Assembly (NCBI GenBank): GCA_033723415.1
Contig: JAWVXD010000002.1
Coordinates: 32,001-96,000 of the forward strand
Length of the DNA: 64,000 bases
Source of the DNA: Sulfurospirillaceae bacterium
GTDB taxonomy: Bacteria; Campylobacterota; Campylobacteria; Campylobacterales; Sulfurospirillaceae
Reading direction: 5' to 3'
The notes below the pieces were generated by a model, which worked only from the letters and a program-made list of their open reading frames with translations, searched no databases and was not told the origin of the DNA. How positions within the stretch are numbered: the stretch's first letter is position 1; every line of letters starts with the position of its first letter. A program made the translations under genes and the position numbers. This document shows, piece after piece, positions 48,419 through 60,311 of the stretch.

Positions 48419-51400
48419 TTATTTTAAATAGTCTTGTAAAGCTTTCGGTTCCAAAACACTGTCATCTTGAATTGAAGCTAAACTCTCAGCAGCTACCGTA
48501 GCAGCCGAGATAGTTGTGAAATAAGGTATATTAAATCTAAGTACAGACTGCCTAATCTTCTTAGCATCATCTTTACTGGACTTGTTGTCACTCGTATTTA
48601 TAACCAAAGCAACATCACCGTTTTTTAGTTTATCTTCTATATTTGGTCTTCCTTCGCTTATTTTATAAACGAATTCACACTCTATCCCTTCATTGCTCAA
48701 AACTTTATGTGTTCCTTCAGTTGCCAAGATATGAAAACCTAGATCATTGAATTTTTCACCTATCTTTTTCGCAAAAGATTTATCTGCATCAGTCAGTGAG
48801 ATAAATACCGTTCCTGATTTTGGGAGAATATTATGAGAAGCGATCTGAGATTTTGCGAAAGAAATTGCAAAATTTTTGCTAATACCCATAACTTCACCTG
48901 TTGATTTCATCTCTGGCCCCAAAATAAGGTCAGCTCCTGCAAGCTTATTAAATGGAAATACTGCTTCTTTGACTGCAACATGACCTTTCACTTTGGCTTT
49001 TAGTATTCCGTCTTCTTCATAAACTACTTTAAATGTATCGTAAAAAGAAAGAGCTTCTCTTAGATCTCCCTGATACATAACTCTTGTCGCAACTTTCGCT
49101 AGTGGAACACCAGTGGCTTTTGAGACGAAAGGAACAGTTCTACTAGCTCTTGGATTTACCTCTATCATGTAAACGTCATCTTGGTAAATTGCAAATTGTA
49201 TGTTCATTAAACCTACAACTCCTAAATTTAGAGCTATTTTTTTAGTTTGTTCTTCTACTCTCTTTGTAAGCTTCTTACTTACACTCACTGTAGGAAGAGA
49301 ACAAGCACTGTCTCCGCTGTGTATACCGGCTTCTTCTATATGCTGCATGATACCGCCGATATAAACTTCTTTACCGTCACATACCGCATCTACGTCAAGT
49401 TCTATTGCATTATCTAAAAATTGATCTATCAATACAGGGGAGCTGTGGCTAACACTTACTGCTTCATCCATGTATTCTCTGAGTTCGCTTTCATTATAAA
49501 CGATCCTCATAGCGCGTCCACCCAACACATAACTTGGTCTAACAAGCACAGGATATCCAATATCTTTTGCTTTTTCTATAGCATCTTCTTTACTTATAGC
49601 AGTATCGTTTTTAGGCTGTAATAGATTGTTTTCGTTTATAAAGTTAGAGAATTTTTTTCTATCTTCTGCCATATCTATTACTCTAGCACTTGTACCTATA
49701 ATATTTGCACCGATCACTGTCAGCCTTTTTGCTATCTTAAGTGGTGTCTGTCCGCCAAAATGAACTATAATACCATCTGGCTTTTCTCGCTCAACAACAC
49801 TTCTTACATGCTCAAAATCTATAGGTTCAAAGTATAAGATATCACTTGTATCATAATCTGTTGATACCGTTTCAGGATTACAATTGTACATAATCGTTGT
49901 AACATCTAAATCTTTTAATGCATAGGCAGCATGAACACAGCAATAGTCAAATTCTATGCCTTGTCCTATTCTATTTGGTCCGCCTCCTATGATCATGACT
50001 TTTTTCTTATTGCTTTTTTCATTTTTTTGTTGTGGTATTTTGGTAATATTTGTAGTTGAATATAGGTATGGCGTCAAAGCCTTAAACTCAGCACCACAAG
50101 TGTCAACTTCATTATATTCCAGATTTATTCCAAGCTTTTCTCTTGCAAAATATATATCATTTTGTGTTAATTCTAAATTGTCATACTTATTTATCAGCCA
50201 AGCAATTTTTTTATCTGAAAAGCCATAACTTTTTGCTTTTCTTAAAATCTCTTCATTGTTCAAAGCAAACATGTCTAAGCTTTTCTCAAACTCCACCAAA
50301 TCTTTAAATTGGTATAAAAACCATTTGTCGATTTTACAAAGATCGTGCACCTCATCAACACTAAACCCACGACCCAATGCTTCCATAACGCAAAGCATTC
50401 GCTCATGATTTGGTCTTCTTATTTCAAGTCTAAGCTTTTCATCGCTATATTTAATCTCATCAAAACCACTAAGTCCAGTTTCAAGTGAGCAGAGTGCTTT
50501 TTGAAATGATTCTTTAAATGTTCTGCCTATTGCCATAACCTCACCGACACTCTTCATTGAAGTAGTCAATGTTGAATCTGCAAATGGAAATTTTTCAAAT
50601 GTGAAACGAGGTATTTTGGTGACTATGTAGTCGATTACCGGCTCAAAGCTTGCTGCTGTTCCTGTGATATCATTAGTGATCTCATCAAGTGTAAATCCGA
50701 CTGCAAGTAATGTAGCTACTTTTGCAATAGGATAACCTGTAGCTTTTGAAGCAAGAGCACTACTTCTACTCACACGTGGGTTCATTTCTATAACCGTCAT
50801 TCTGCCGTCTTTTGGATTTATAGCAAATTGTACATTGCTGCCACCCGTATCAACACCTATTTCACGAAGTATTGCAAAAGATGCATTACGCATTGATTGA
50901 TACTCTTTGTCTGTTAAAGTTAAAGCAGGAGCAATAGTAATACTATCGCCTGTGTGAACACCCATAGGATCAAAATTTTCGATAGAACAGACGATTATAC
51001 AGTTATCTGCGTTGTCTCTGATAACTTCCATTTCGTACTCTTTCCACCCAAGTAGAGATTCTTCTATCAATATCTCATTTATAGGGCTGGCTTCTAATCC
51101 TCTGGTTGCCAAATCTTTATACTCGTCTATATTGTATGCAACTCCGCTTCCACCGCCTGCTAAGGTATATGATGCTCTTATGATAAGTGGAAAGCCTATC
51201 TCCATTGCAGCATCCATGGCTTCATCAAGATTATAGGCATATTTACTTTTCGGTAGATCCATGCCAATCTTTATCATGGCTTCCTTAAAAGCCTGTCTAT
51301 CTTCACCTTTTTTGATTGCCTCAGGATTTGCGCCTAAAAATTTGATACCTTTTAATAATCCCTTATCATTCATTTTCATAGCAATATTTAGAGCAGTTTG

Positions 51401-51676
51401 TCCACCCATAGTAGGGAGTATGGCATCAACTGACTCTTTTTCTATAATTTTTGAAATTATTTCTTCGTTAATAGGTTCTATATATGTTCTATCAGCAAAT
51501 TCAGGATCCGTCATGATTGTAGCAGGGTTCGAATTTATCAACACAACTCTATATCCCAGTTCTTTTAAGGTTTTAGCAGCTTGTGTTCCAGAGTAATCAA
51601 ATTCACAAGCCTGTCCTATAACTATTGGACCTGAACCTACAAGCAATATAGTTTTTACATCGTCTCTTTTTGGCAT
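48419..51676 (-). CDS. carB: Carbamoyl-phosphate synthase large subunit
   Basis: '[17 protein letters not shown]', duplicated ATP-grasp domains, 1085 aa. Confidence 0.98.
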   Translation of the reverse strand: MPKRDDVKTILLVGSGPIVIGQACEFDYSGTQAAKTLKELGYRVVLINSNPATIMTDPEFADRTYIEPINEEIISKIIEKESVDAILPTMGGQTALNIAMKMNDKGLLKGIKFLGANPEAIKKGEDRQAFKEAMIKIGMDLPKSKYAYNLDEAMDAAMEIGFPLIIRASYTLAGGGSGVAYNIDEYKDLATRGLEASPINEILIEESLLGWKEYEMEVIRDNADNCIIVCSIENFDPMGVHTGDSITIAPALTLTDKEYQSMRNASFAILREIGVDTGGSNVQFAINPKDGRMTVIEMNPRVSRSSALASKATGYPIAKVATLLAVGFTLDEITNDITGTAASFEPVIDYIVTKIPRFTFEKFPFADSTLTTSMKSVGEVMAIGRTFKESFQKALCSLETGLSGFDEIKYSDEKLRLEIRRPNHERMLCVMEALGRGFSVDEVHDLCKIDKWFLYQFKDLVEFEKSLDMFALNNEEILRKAKSYGFSDKKIAWLINKYDNLELTQNDIYFAREKLGINLEYNEVDTCGAEFKALTPYLYSTTNITKIPQQKNEKSNKKKVMIIGGGPNRIGQGIEFDYCCVHAAYALKDLDVTTIMYNCNPETVSTDYDTSDILYFEPIDFEHVRSVVEREKPDGIIVHFGGQTPLKIAKRLTVIGANIIGTSARVIDMAEDRKKFSNFINENNLLQPKNDTAISKEDAIEKAKDIGYPVLVRPSYVLGGRAMRIVYNESELREYMDEAVSVSHSSPVLIDQFLDNAIELDVDAVCDGKEVYIGGIMQHIEEAGIHSGDSACSLPTVSVSKKLTKRVEEQTKKIALNLGVVGLMNIQFAIYQDDVYMIEVNPRASRTVPFVSKATGVPLAKVATRVMYQGDLREALSFYDTFKVVYEEDGILKAKVKGHVAVKEAVFPFNKLAGADLILGPEMKSTGEVMGISKNFAISFAKSQIASHNILPKSGTVFISLTDADKSFAKKIGEKFNDLGFHILATEGTHKVLSNEGIECEFVYKISEGRPNIEDKLKNGDVALVINTSDNKSSKDDAKKIRQSVLRFNIPYFTTISAATVAAESLASIQDDSVLEPKALQDYLK

Positions 51677-51684
51677 CTTATTCC

Positions 51685-52431
51685 TTAATTTTTTGTTATT
51701 ATATGTAAATATGTCGGTATTTTTACATTTACGTATGGCTGGACAATCAAAGTTTTTGAAGATTCTTCTTTTACTACTTCAACAACTTTTCCAACCCTAA
51801 CTCCTTGAAAAAATATATTATCCAAACCGCTGGTTAAGACCTCATCACCTATTTTTGGATTCATCCACAATGGGATATATTTTACCAATATATCTTTTTT
51901 ATTACCCTGCAAAACTCCCGGTATCTTTTTCTTTCCCACATATACCGAGAATATACACTTTGAATCTCCCAAAAGCAAGCCCAAAGGGTTTGAGTCTTTT
52001 GCTACTGCTATCCCAGCTGCATACCCCTGATATAAAAGTCCATAGATCTTGCTCTTATTGAAATCTTTATAATCAAGCCACACTTTATTATAATCATTTA
52101 AGTTTGCATACGAAATGGCTTGTATCATCTTGACGCTTGGCTTGTAAACAGATAAGTTGTTGTCTGCCAATATCGCATTTAACTTTCCTGCAAATGCTAT
52201 GGACAAAAGAGCAGATTTTTCAAGCTTTTTGTTTTTTTCTCTTAGTTGAATTATAGTATGTTGCTGAGAAACATGCTCGTTTATTTTTTCTTTTATTTTT
52301 TCTTTTGTATTTAAATATGAAGTAAGTACAAAATGATTTAGACCCATTATGTACTTTCTTCCAATATCTGTGTAATTTGTCGAAATATATATCAATAGAA
52401 CTAAGACAAATAAAAGTTTTATTTTATTCAT
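51685..52431 (-). CDS. mreC: Rod shape-determining protein MreC
   Basis: N-terminal TM, coiled coil, '[13 protein letters not shown]'; directly after mreB. Confidence 0.92.
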   Translation of the reverse strand: MNKIKLLFVLVLLIYISTNYTDIGRKYIMGLNHFVLTSYLNTKEKIKEKINEHVSQQHTIIQLREKNKKLEKSALLSIAFAGKLNAILADNNLSVYKPSVKMIQAISYANLNDYNKVWLDYKDFNKSKIYGLLYQGYAAGIAVAKDSNPLGLLLGDSKCIFSVYVGKKKIPGVLQGNKKDILVKYIPLWMNPKIGDEVLTSGLDNIFFQGVRVGKVVEVVKEESSKTLIVQPYVNVKIPTYLHIITKN

Positions 52432-53458
52432 TTGCCAAATGTTGTAATAATTCTATCTCGTCTAGTGCTCTTCCTGTACCTTTAGCTACTGCTAAAAGTG
52501 GTTCATCTGCTATAAAAACAGGTAATTTTACTATATCTGAAAGGTATTTATCCAAACCTCTTATCAAAGCTCCGCCGCCTGTTAAAACGATACCGTTTTC
52601 AACAATGTCTCCTGCAAGATCCGGAGGCATAACTTCTAGTACGTCTTTTAGAGCATCGGCTATCTCTTTAAGTGGTTCTTTTATAGCATCTCTAACATCT
52701 TCGCTACTTAGCTCTATACGACTGAGAAGACCACTTACTTGGTCTCTTCCTTTTACTATTGATACTAATGGCTCTTCTACCGGAACTGCGGAACCAATAT
52801 CTATCTTTATCTCTTCTGCTGTTCTCTCTCCGATAAGTAAATTGTATTTTTTCTTGACGTAATCTACAATTGCCAAGTCAATTTTATCGCCTGCTGTTCT
52901 TATTGATTTGCTGATAACCAATCCACCAAGAGAAACTACACCTATCTCTGTCGTACCACCGCCGATATCTACAACCAAACTACCCTCAGGCTCTCTAACA
53001 GGTAAATCTGCACCGATTGCAGCAGCCATAGGTTCTTCAATCAAAAACACTTCACGAGCTCCGGCACTAAGGGCTGATTCTCGAACTGCTTTTCTCTCAA
53101 CCTGAGTCAATCCGTATGGCACGCAGATTATAATGCGAGGTCTCAAAAAACTTTTTCTTCTATGGGCTTTTTCTATAAAATAACGAATCATTTTTTCCGT
53201 GATGTCAAAGTCAGCTATGACCCCATCTCTCATAGGACGAATTGCCGTAATATTCCCTGGAGTCTTTCCTAGCATATTCTTAGCATCTGTACCGACAGCT
53301 AAGATCCTTTGCTTTCCGCTTTTATCTGTCTGTATTGCAACAACTGAGGGCTCATTTATTATGATCCCCTTGCCCTTTACAAGTACCAAGGTATTTGCAG
53401 TGCCTAAGTCTATGCTCATATCACTTGAAAAAAATCCTACTATTTGATCAAAAATCAT
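52424..53458 (-). CDS. mreB: Rod shape-determining protein MreB
   Basis: 'IDLGTANT', 'VDIGGGTTE', 'LTGGGALI'; start placed at ATG 53458 (MIFDQ). Confidence 0.97.
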   Translation of the reverse strand: MIFDQIVGFFSSDMSIDLGTANTLVLVKGKGIIINEPSVVAIQTDKSGKQRILAVGTDAKNMLGKTPGNITAIRPMRDGVIADFDITEKMIRYFIEKAHRRKSFLRPRIIICVPYGLTQVERKAVRESALSAGAREVFLIEEPMAAAIGADLPVREPEGSLVVDIGGGTTEIGVVSLGGLVISKSIRTAGDKIDLAIVDYVKKKYNLLIGERTAEEIKIDIGSAVPVEEPLVSIVKGRDQVSGLLSRIELSSEDVRDAIKEPLKEIADALKDVLEVMPPDLAGDIVENGIVLTGGGALIRGLDKYLSDIVKLPVFIADEPLLAVAKGTGRALDEIELLQHLANE

Positions 53459-53554
53459 TAACTTTACCCTTTTTATTTTATTGTCATCTTGACTCAAAGC
53501 TTTGCTTCAAATCAATTTTTACTCTATCAAAGCTGCTGCATTGTAGAGAATTTA

Positions 53555-54778
53555 TTATGCACTTTTTTTATTTTTCTTTATAAATATAGGCTTTGCACCA
53601 TCTAGCACTACATCTTTTGTTATAACTATTTCATACCCGTTAAGCTCAGGAAGCTCATACATGATATCAATCATAACTTCTTCCATAATCGTTCTGAGGC
53701 CTCTTGCCCCGGTTTTACGTTTTATTGCTAAATTTGCAACTTCTTCCAGTGCCTCATCTTCAAAAACCAACTCTGCACCGTCTATTGCAAATAATTTTTT
53801 GTATTGCTTTAAGATAGCATTCTTCGGCTCGCTTAATATCTTGACCATATCTTCTTTTGTGATCTCATTTAAAGTTGCTAACACATGTAATCTTCCGATC
53901 AATTCTGGAATAAGCCCATAATGAACAAGATCATCCGGTTCAACCATATCTATAAGTTTCCAATCTTCACTTTTTGCTCTTTTTTCTTGTCCGAAACCTA
54001 GAACATTATTGCCTACTCTTCTCTTTATGATATCTTCCAAACCATCAAATGCTCCACCGCATACAAATAAGATGCCTGATGTGTCTATTTGAATGAAATC
54101 TTGGTTTGGATGTTTTCTACCGCCTTTTGGCGGGATATTCACGATACTGCCTTCGATGATCTTCAACAAAGCTTGCTGAACACCTTCCCCGCTTACATCT
54201 CTTGTAATTGAACGATTTTCACTCATCCTGGCGATCTTATCTATCTCATCTATAAATACGATACCCTTTTCTGCTCTTTTTACATCTCCATCTGCAACTT
54301 GAAGTAGTTTCGTCAAAATATTTTCTACATCTTCTCCAACATATCCGGCTTCGGTTAAGCTAGTCGCATCTGCTATGGCAAGCGGAACATCTAAAAACTT
54401 TGATAGGGTTTGAGCCATAAGAGTTTTCCCACTTCCTGTAGGCCCTATCAGTAAAATATTTGATTTGGATATTTCAGTATCATCTTCTGCGACTTGACTT
54501 TTAAAGATTCTTTTATAGTGGTTGTAAACACCGACTGAAAAAACTTTTTTTGCTCTATTTTGTCCGATTACAAACTCATCCAGTACACTTGTCAACTCTT
54601 TTGGTGTTAATAACTCATAATCTAATTTTTTACTATCTGTGACTTCATTATCTTCTTCACCAAAAAAAATCTTATAAGCAGAGATCACACAATGTTCACA
54701 AATAAAAACATCTTCTCCTGCTATCAATCTTGTGTCATTGCTTTCTTTGGCTCCACAAAAACTACACTCTTTTTTCAT
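53555..54778 (-). CDS. clpX: ATP-dependent Clp protease ATP-binding subunit
   Basis: Zn finger 'CSFCG..CEHC', 'GPTGSGKT', '[14 protein letters not shown]'. Confidence 0.98.
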   Translation of the reverse strand: MKKECSFCGAKESNDTRLIAGEDVFICEHCVISAYKIFFGEEDNEVTDSKKLDYELLTPKELTSVLDEFVIGQNRAKKVFSVGVYNHYKRIFKSQVAEDDTEISKSNILLIGPTGSGKTLMAQTLSKFLDVPLAIADATSLTEAGYVGEDVENILTKLLQVADGDVKRAEKGIVFIDEIDKIARMSENRSITRDVSGEGVQQALLKIIEGSIVNIPPKGGRKHPNQDFIQIDTSGILFVCGGAFDGLEDIIKRRVGNNVLGFGQEKRAKSEDWKLIDMVEPDDLVHYGLIPELIGRLHVLATLNEITKEDMVKILSEPKNAILKQYKKLFAIDGAELVFEDEALEEVANLAIKRKTGARGLRTIMEEVMIDIMYELPELNGYEIVITKDVVLDGAKPIFIKKNKKSA

Positions 54779-54935
54779 TTAATTTCTCCTTTATCTCGGA
54801 ACAAGTCCCAAGACAAATTCCTCTCACTAAAACTATGACTTTGTCGAGAATTTATCATTTTAATTTTCTTTTTTAACTCATGCGTTGCCCAAGTTAAATT
54901 TCTCAAACTAAAGCTTAAGCCCTGTGCAGAATTTT

Positions 54936-55724
54936 TCATTTTGTTACCCTTTCAAAAGGGATACCTCTTTTTGTTTCTAATATGAAACGGCACATCTGTT
55001 TTATTTTTTCGTTCGATTCGCTTTGCATCAGCTCAAGAGCCGTTTCTTTGATAGCCCGATCTGATCTAAAAAGCTTTTTATAGGCGCGCTGTACCGCTCT
55101 TATATCATCTTTTTCAAATCTTCTTTTCATTCCGACCAAATTCAGACCTTTAACCACGGCACGGTTACCCTCGGCTAAACAAAAAGGAGGAATATCCTGA
55201 CTTATTGCACTCGCTCCGGCTATCATGCAACCTTCCCCTATTTTTACAAACTGATGGATCGGTGTCATACCGCCAATCACTGTAAACGAACCCACTTGTA
55301 CATGACCAGCCAAAGTGGCATTGTTTGCCATGATAACATTATCACCGACTTGGCAATCGTGTGCGATATGTGAATAAATCATGATAAAACAATTATCGCC
55401 GATTCTTGTAGTCCCATCACCATGATGAGTACCGCAATTGACCGTTACAAACTCTCGTAAAATATTATTTTTACCGATTCTGACTTTTACATCATGTTCT
55501 GGCTTGTGTCCTATATCTTGTGGCGGCATACCGATTATCGCATAAGGGAAAATCTTCGTACCCTCATCTATGATAGTGTCTCCGTAGATTCCTGCCCCTT
55601 GCATAATCTCAACATTGTCTTTCAAAACAACACCTGAAGATACTACCGCAAAAGCACCGATTTTTACATTTTCCCCTAAAACTGCACCTTCTTCGATACT
55701 CGCACTTGGATGGATTTGTGTCAT
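54936..55724 (-). CDS. lpxA: UDP-N-acetylglucosamine acyltransferase
   Basis: Hexapeptide repeats, 'PPQD', 'HIAHDC', 'ANNATLAGHV', 'IHQF'. Confidence 0.97.
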   Translation of the reverse strand: MTQIHPSASIEEGAVLGENVKIGAFAVVSSGVVLKDNVEIMQGAGIYGDTIIDEGTKIFPYAIIGMPPQDIGHKPEHDVKVRIGKNNILREFVTVNCGTHHGDGTTRIGDNCFIMIYSHIAHDCQVGDNVIMANNATLAGHVQVGSFTVIGGMTPIHQFVKIGEGCMIAGASAISQDIPPFCLAEGNRAVVKGLNLVGMKRRFEKDDIRAVQRAYKKLFRSDRAIKETALELMQSESNEKIKQMCRFILETKRGIPFERVTK

Positions 55725-56174
55725 TTATTTGTCTACTATCATCGCTTTTAGTTCAGCTTGTGCGACTAGTTTTTCGTCCACAAATGCTTTACCGTCAAGA
55801 ACCCAGACACTTCCTTTGTGTTTTATAACATTTAGCTCATAAATTAATTTGTCCCCAGGCTTGACAGGAGATCTAAATTTGGCTTTATCAATGCTCATAA
55901 AATATACGACTTTGTCTTTCGTATCTTCTTGTCCTTCTTCATCCATACTTTTAAATGCAAGGATGCCTCCGGCTTGTGCCATACCTTCGATTATCATAAC
56001 TCCAGGATATATCGGATGTCCGGGGAAATGCCCTTCAAATACAGGTTCACCTATGGTAACATTTTTATAACCTCGCACAAATTCACTCTCGATTAGATCT
56101 GTGATTCTATCAACAAGTAAGAACGGGTGGCGGTGAGGTAAAATTTTCTGAATTTCTACAACATCTATAATCAT
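55725..56174 (-). CDS. fabZ: 3-hydroxyacyl-ACP dehydratase
   Basis: '[12 protein letters not shown]', '[20 protein letters not shown]'. Confidence 0.97.
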   Translation of the reverse strand: MIIDVVEIQKILPHRHPFLLVDRITDLIESEFVRGYKNVTIGEPVFEGHFPGHPIYPGVMIIEGMAQAGGILAFKSMDEEGQEDTKDKVVYFMSIDKAKFRSPVKPGDKLIYELNVIKHKGSVWVLDGKAFVDEKLVAQAELKAMIVDK

Positions 56175-56205
56175 TTAAAACCTTATTAGAAATTTTATAA
56201 TTTTA

Positions 56206-57291
56206 TCAAATCTTTACTAAATTTTCTCTAATATCCATATAAATTTCAGATTTTAAATATATTTCATATTTCTTTTCACTCAATTCATCTATGACTATGA
56301 TAGGGTTAAGTGTCGGTAAAATGGAGTTTGCCAAAGAATTACGAATTTTTATCTCATCTTCAAAGATTAAAGGATTATCCATCAAATCTTTTATACTTTT
56401 ATAAGACTTATTTAGTAATATATTTAATTTTTTTATACTGATAAAAATAACATCTTCACGATTAAAATATCCGATGTCATCTTCTATTGATTCAATTTTG
56501 CCTTTTGTAAATTCTCGTGAAAATTTAGAATAAAAGATAAAATAACTTGGAATCACATCTTTTTTTTGCTCTCTCACATATGCTCTTAAAAGCCTGTAAT
56601 TTAAAAACTTTTCTCTTCTTAGTTTAAATTTTTGATTATTTTGTTCGCAAAGATTGACATTTTCATAAAGTTCAATTCTATCTTCTATGGAAGAAGGAAG
56701 TATCTGCTTTGTTATGGGAGACATCAACTCGTCTTTTAACCTTTCTTGATTTTCTCTTTGTACTTCAAGAGCAAATATACAACCACAGTAATTTTGATGA
56801 TAAAGCATATCTTTTTTTGCGAGCATGAATTGTTCACTTGTGCCACCGTTCTTTCTAAAGTCGGGCGTTAACACTTTGACTCCAAATTTTTTTTCAACTT
56901 CTTGTGAATTATTGATCAATTGTTCAATAGATTTTTTTGGACTTGTTAGCAAAGTTGTAGTTATTTCATTTTCTCCTATTTCCAATGCCTTTTCGGCTGT
57001 TTTTGCTAACCTGTTATCAAAACACACTGTACAACGTTTGCCTTTTTCAGGCTCATCCTCCAAACCTCTGACAGCTTCTATCCAACCTTCATAATCATAC
57101 TCACCCTCTAAAAGTTTTATACCCAATTTTTGACAACTTCTTTTAACATCCATCAAGCGCAGTTTGTATTCGCTGTATGGGTGAATATTCGGATCATAAA
57201 AATAACCTGTCAAATTTTTTTCCGGATATTTATCAGAAAGTTTTTGTAGAAAAAAGTGACTATCTACCGAACAACATATATGTACCAACAA
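56206..57291 (-). CDS. queH: Epoxyqueuosine reductase QueH (long form)
   Basis: 'HICCSVDS', 'YDPNIHPYSEY', 'EPEKGKRCTVCF', 'QNYCGC'. Confidence 0.9.
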   Translation of the reverse strand: MLVHICCSVDSHFFLQKLSDKYPEKNLTGYFYDPNIHPYSEYKLRLMDVKRSCQKLGIKLLEGEYDYEGWIEAVRGLEDEPEKGKRCTVCFDNRLAKTAEKALEIGENEITTTLLTSPKKSIEQLINNSQEVEKKFGVKVLTPDFRKNGGTSEQFMLAKKDMLYHQNYCGCIFALEVQRENQERLKDELMSPITKQILPSSIEDRIELYENVNLCEQNNQKFKLRREKFLNYRLLRAYVREQKKDVIPSYFIFYSKFSREFTKGKIESIEDDIGYFNREDVIFISIKKLNILLNKSYKSIKDLMDNPLIFEDEIKIRNSLANSILPTLNPIIVIDELSEKKYEIYLKSEIYMDIRENLVKI

Positions 57292-57371
57292 TTTTTCGCC
57301 ATCCTTTGATTAATAATTTTCAAATTATAGTATAATTTAGTAAACTATCTTAAATGGAAGAGGAGTCAAAT

Positions 57372-60296
57372 ATGAGATATCTAAAGAGTTTTAAATTTTG
57401 GATTTTAGTTTTGATATCTACATATACCTTGACGGGGTTCATTTTGATTCCTTGGTTTTTAACAAACAAAGCTCCAACCATTCTAAAAAACAAGATTGGT
57501 ATCAATCTCCAAATTGCAAATGCTAGTTTTAATCCATATAGTTTTGAATTAACCCTACATGATATAACCTTGCAGGACTTGAGTAAAAATCCTGTATTTT
57601 CACTCAAAAGACTATACATAAATTACACCCTGCTTGGACTTTTGGATAAAACTGTATTATTCAAAAAAATCAGCATTAATTCACCAAAACTGTATGCAGG
57701 ATTCCAAAAAGACGGGAAAATAAATCTGGCAAATATATTGCCCGAATCTACCCAAAAAGACAAAAATACAACAACTTCAAAGATTTCTTTGCCTCATATT
57801 GTATTAAGTAAATTAGAAATAACAAACGGTGCAATTAAATTTAGCGATAAAAGAGAAAATAAAAACTTTACATTTGATTTAGGTCCATATAATTTTGTTG
57901 CACGTGATGTAAGCACAAAAAAAGATCAGATAAACTCATATTCATTTACTGCTGTATTAGGAAAGGAAAGTAGACTGTTTTGGGAAGGAGGAATGGGTAT
58001 AAATCCTCTTAAGATTTATGGCATAATCAATGTCACTCATCTAAGTCTTCCTGATATTTATAAATATGCCGTTCCAAACTTTGACGCAACCTTAGATTCC
58101 GGTTTTATGGATTTTAAATTACCATATCAAATAGCTTTTACCGGTGGTACAACGGTCAGAATCAATCAAGCTATATTGTCTTTATCAAAACTTTCTATGA
58201 ATCAGACAACAACAAATCAAAATCTTTTTGATATACCAAAACTCAAAGTTTCAGGGTTTAATCTAGAATGGCCAAAGCAATCAATATACATAGATAATAT
58301 TGATATAAACAGTACTTCAATAAACCCTATATTAGAAAAGGACGGCAAACTAAACTTTTTAAAAGTTTTTGCCTTTAGTGATAGTACCAAAAAGGAAAAT
58401 AATACAACAGTCTCAAAACCTTGGGATTTCTTAATTGCTAATCTTAATACAAATAATATGCTCATACAATTTACAGATAATACATTGCAAAAGCCTTTAA
58501 CCACGGAAATGAAACAAATTAAATTGCGTGTAAAAAATATTTCGTCCAAAAAAGAGGATCCTATTGGTCTACAATTATCTGCTATTTTAAATAAAAACAC
58601 AAATATAAATCTCACGTCTAGTATCTTACAAACTCCATTAAGTGCAGATTCCAAACTTGCATTATCACATTTTGCAATAAGTGACTTTAATAGTTACATA
58701 GATCCATTTGTTAATTTTAAAATTAAAAATGCAAGTGTTGATCTAAATGCATCAATAAAAGCTAATCTGGACAAAAAACCATCTATATCACTTAATGCCG
58801 ACACCAAGATATACAATCTACTTATAAATTCTTCGAATAATACAAATCTGATAAAATGGAAAAATTTACAAGTAAACGGCATAAAATATACAAATCAACC
58901 CTTATCTATAGATATAAAAAGCCTAAGTCTACTAGAGCCGTATTTCGCCGGACATATATATAAAAATAGACAAACCAATTTTTCTGACCTGATAAAACAA
59001 CAAAAATCAAAATCACAAGACAAGTCAAAAACAAAGCAAAAACTTGAATCAAAAAACTCTTTAAAGCTAAAAATTGGACCGATAAAACTAATAAACGGTA
59101 TAGCAGATTTTAGTGATGCTAGTTTGCCATTTCCGTTTAAAACACATATACATGGTTTGAATGGAGATATTTCAACGCTAGATTTCGGTACTACGACACC
59201 ATCTGTAGTCAAATTGGATGGCAAGATTGACAAATACGGCTATGCAGACATAAAGGGAACTATTTTGCCTTTTCATTTTAAGAAAAGAGCCAATATAGAT
59301 GTACTATTTAAAAATATCAATTTAACCACCCTGACACCCTATTCCGGGAAATTTTTAGGATATAAAATAAAAAGCGGTAAATTGTCGATGGACTTAAATT
59401 ATAAAATATCAAACGCATCGCTACTAGGTAAGAACAAGATCAATCTAGACACTCTCAATCTGGGAGAACAGGTAAAAAGCAAAGAAGCACTCAATCTTCC
59501 ATTAAATTTGGCTATCGCTCTTTTGAAAGATTCGAAAGGTCAAATAGACATAAACTTGCCTGTTTCAGGAGACATGAATAGTCCTGATTTTAGTTATGGC
59601 GGAGTAGTGTGGAGAGCTATAGGGAACATGATCACAGGAATAGTGACAGCTCCATTTAGGTTTTTAGGATCTCTTCTTGGCATAAAGGGAGAAGATTTAA
59701 AAACTATAGATTTTGCAAAAGGCTCGGCCATAGTCATATCAACAGAGTATGAAAAACTTGATAATTTGAAAAAAATACTACAAAAAAGACCAAATATAAA
59801 ACTAAAACTCAGCGGAGGATATGATGAAGTCTTTGATGTGCAAGAGTTGCAAAAAAAGCAATTTGATATAGTTTTACAAAATGAGATGAAAATAGTTAAA
59901 AAAGATCAAAATGCTACAAAAGAGGATCTTTTTGGCTTAGCACTTAAAAATCTATACACTAAAGATTTTGGCATAAAAAGATATAATGATTTAAAAAATA
60001 ACTTCATGATAGTTCCAAAAAAAGACGATAATACAACCAAGAAATCAAAAAAAGAAGAAAAACCAAAACTAAATGTCTTGGCATTTAATACATCAATGCA
60101 AGATAAATTACGCAAAAATATCAAAATATCAAAATATCAGCTGATAATTCTAGCAAATAAAAGAGCAAATCAGATAAAAGATATTCTTGTAAAAAAATAT
60201 AAGATCAACAAATCAAGAGTAATGGTTTTAGTCCCTATTTTAGAAAAAGCAAAAAGAGATATGTGGATAGGAACAAAAGTTGATATAGCAATATAA
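57372..60296 (+). CDS. DUF748-containing AsmA-like protein
   Basis: N-terminal TM, repeated beta-rich units, 'LTPYSGKFLGY', 'LAIALLKDSKGQIDINLPVSG', 'VTAPFRFLG'. Confidence 0.85.
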   Translation: MRYLKSFKFWILVLISTYTLTGFILIPWFLTNKAPTILKNKIGINLQIANASFNPYSFELTLHDITLQDLSKNPVFSLKRLYINYTLLGLLDKTVLFKKISINSPKLYAGFQKDGKINLANILPESTQKDKNTTTSKISLPHIVLSKLEITNGAIKFSDKRENKNFTFDLGPYNFVARDVSTKKDQINSYSFTAVLGKESRLFWEGGMGINPLKIYGIINVTHLSLPDIYKYAVPNFDATLDSGFMDFKLPYQIAFTGGTTVRINQAILSLSKLSMNQTTTNQNLFDIPKLKVSGFNLEWPKQSIYIDNIDINSTSINPILEKDGKLNFLKVFAFSDSTKKENNTTVSKPWDFLIANLNTNNMLIQFTDNTLQKPLTTEMKQIKLRVKNISSKKEDPIGLQLSAILNKNTNINLTSSILQTPLSADSKLALSHFAISDFNSYIDPFVNFKIKNASVDLNASIKANLDKKPSISLNADTKIYNLLINSSNNTNLIKWKNLQVNGIKYTNQPLSIDIKSLSLLEPYFAGHIYKNRQTNFSDLIKQQKSKSQDKSKTKQKLESKNSLKLKIGPIKLINGIADFSDASLPFPFKTHIHGLNGDISTLDFGTTTPSVVKLDGKIDKYGYADIKGTILPFHFKKRANIDVLFKNINLTTLTPYSGKFLGYKIKSGKLSMDLNYKISNASLLGKNKINLDTLNLGEQVKSKEALNLPLNLAIALLKDSKGQIDINLPVSGDMNSPDFSYGGVVWRAIGNMITGIVTAPFRFLGSLLGIKGEDLKTIDFAKGSAIVISTEYEKLDNLKKILQKRPNIKLKLSGGYDEVFDVQELQKKQFDIVLQNEMKIVKKDQNATKEDLFGLALKNLYTKDFGIKRYNDLKNNFMIVPKKDDNTTKKSKKEEKPKLNVLAFNTSMQDKLRKNIKISKYQLIILANKRANQIKDILVKKYKINKSRVMVLVPILEKAKRDMWIGTKVDIAI

Positions 60297-60311
60297 AACA
60301 TATCTTGTTTG

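Noticed and set aside
56206..57291. C-terminal extension of QueH
   Set aside because: Long QueH forms are, as I recall, usual in Campylobacterales; no distinct extra domain recognised.
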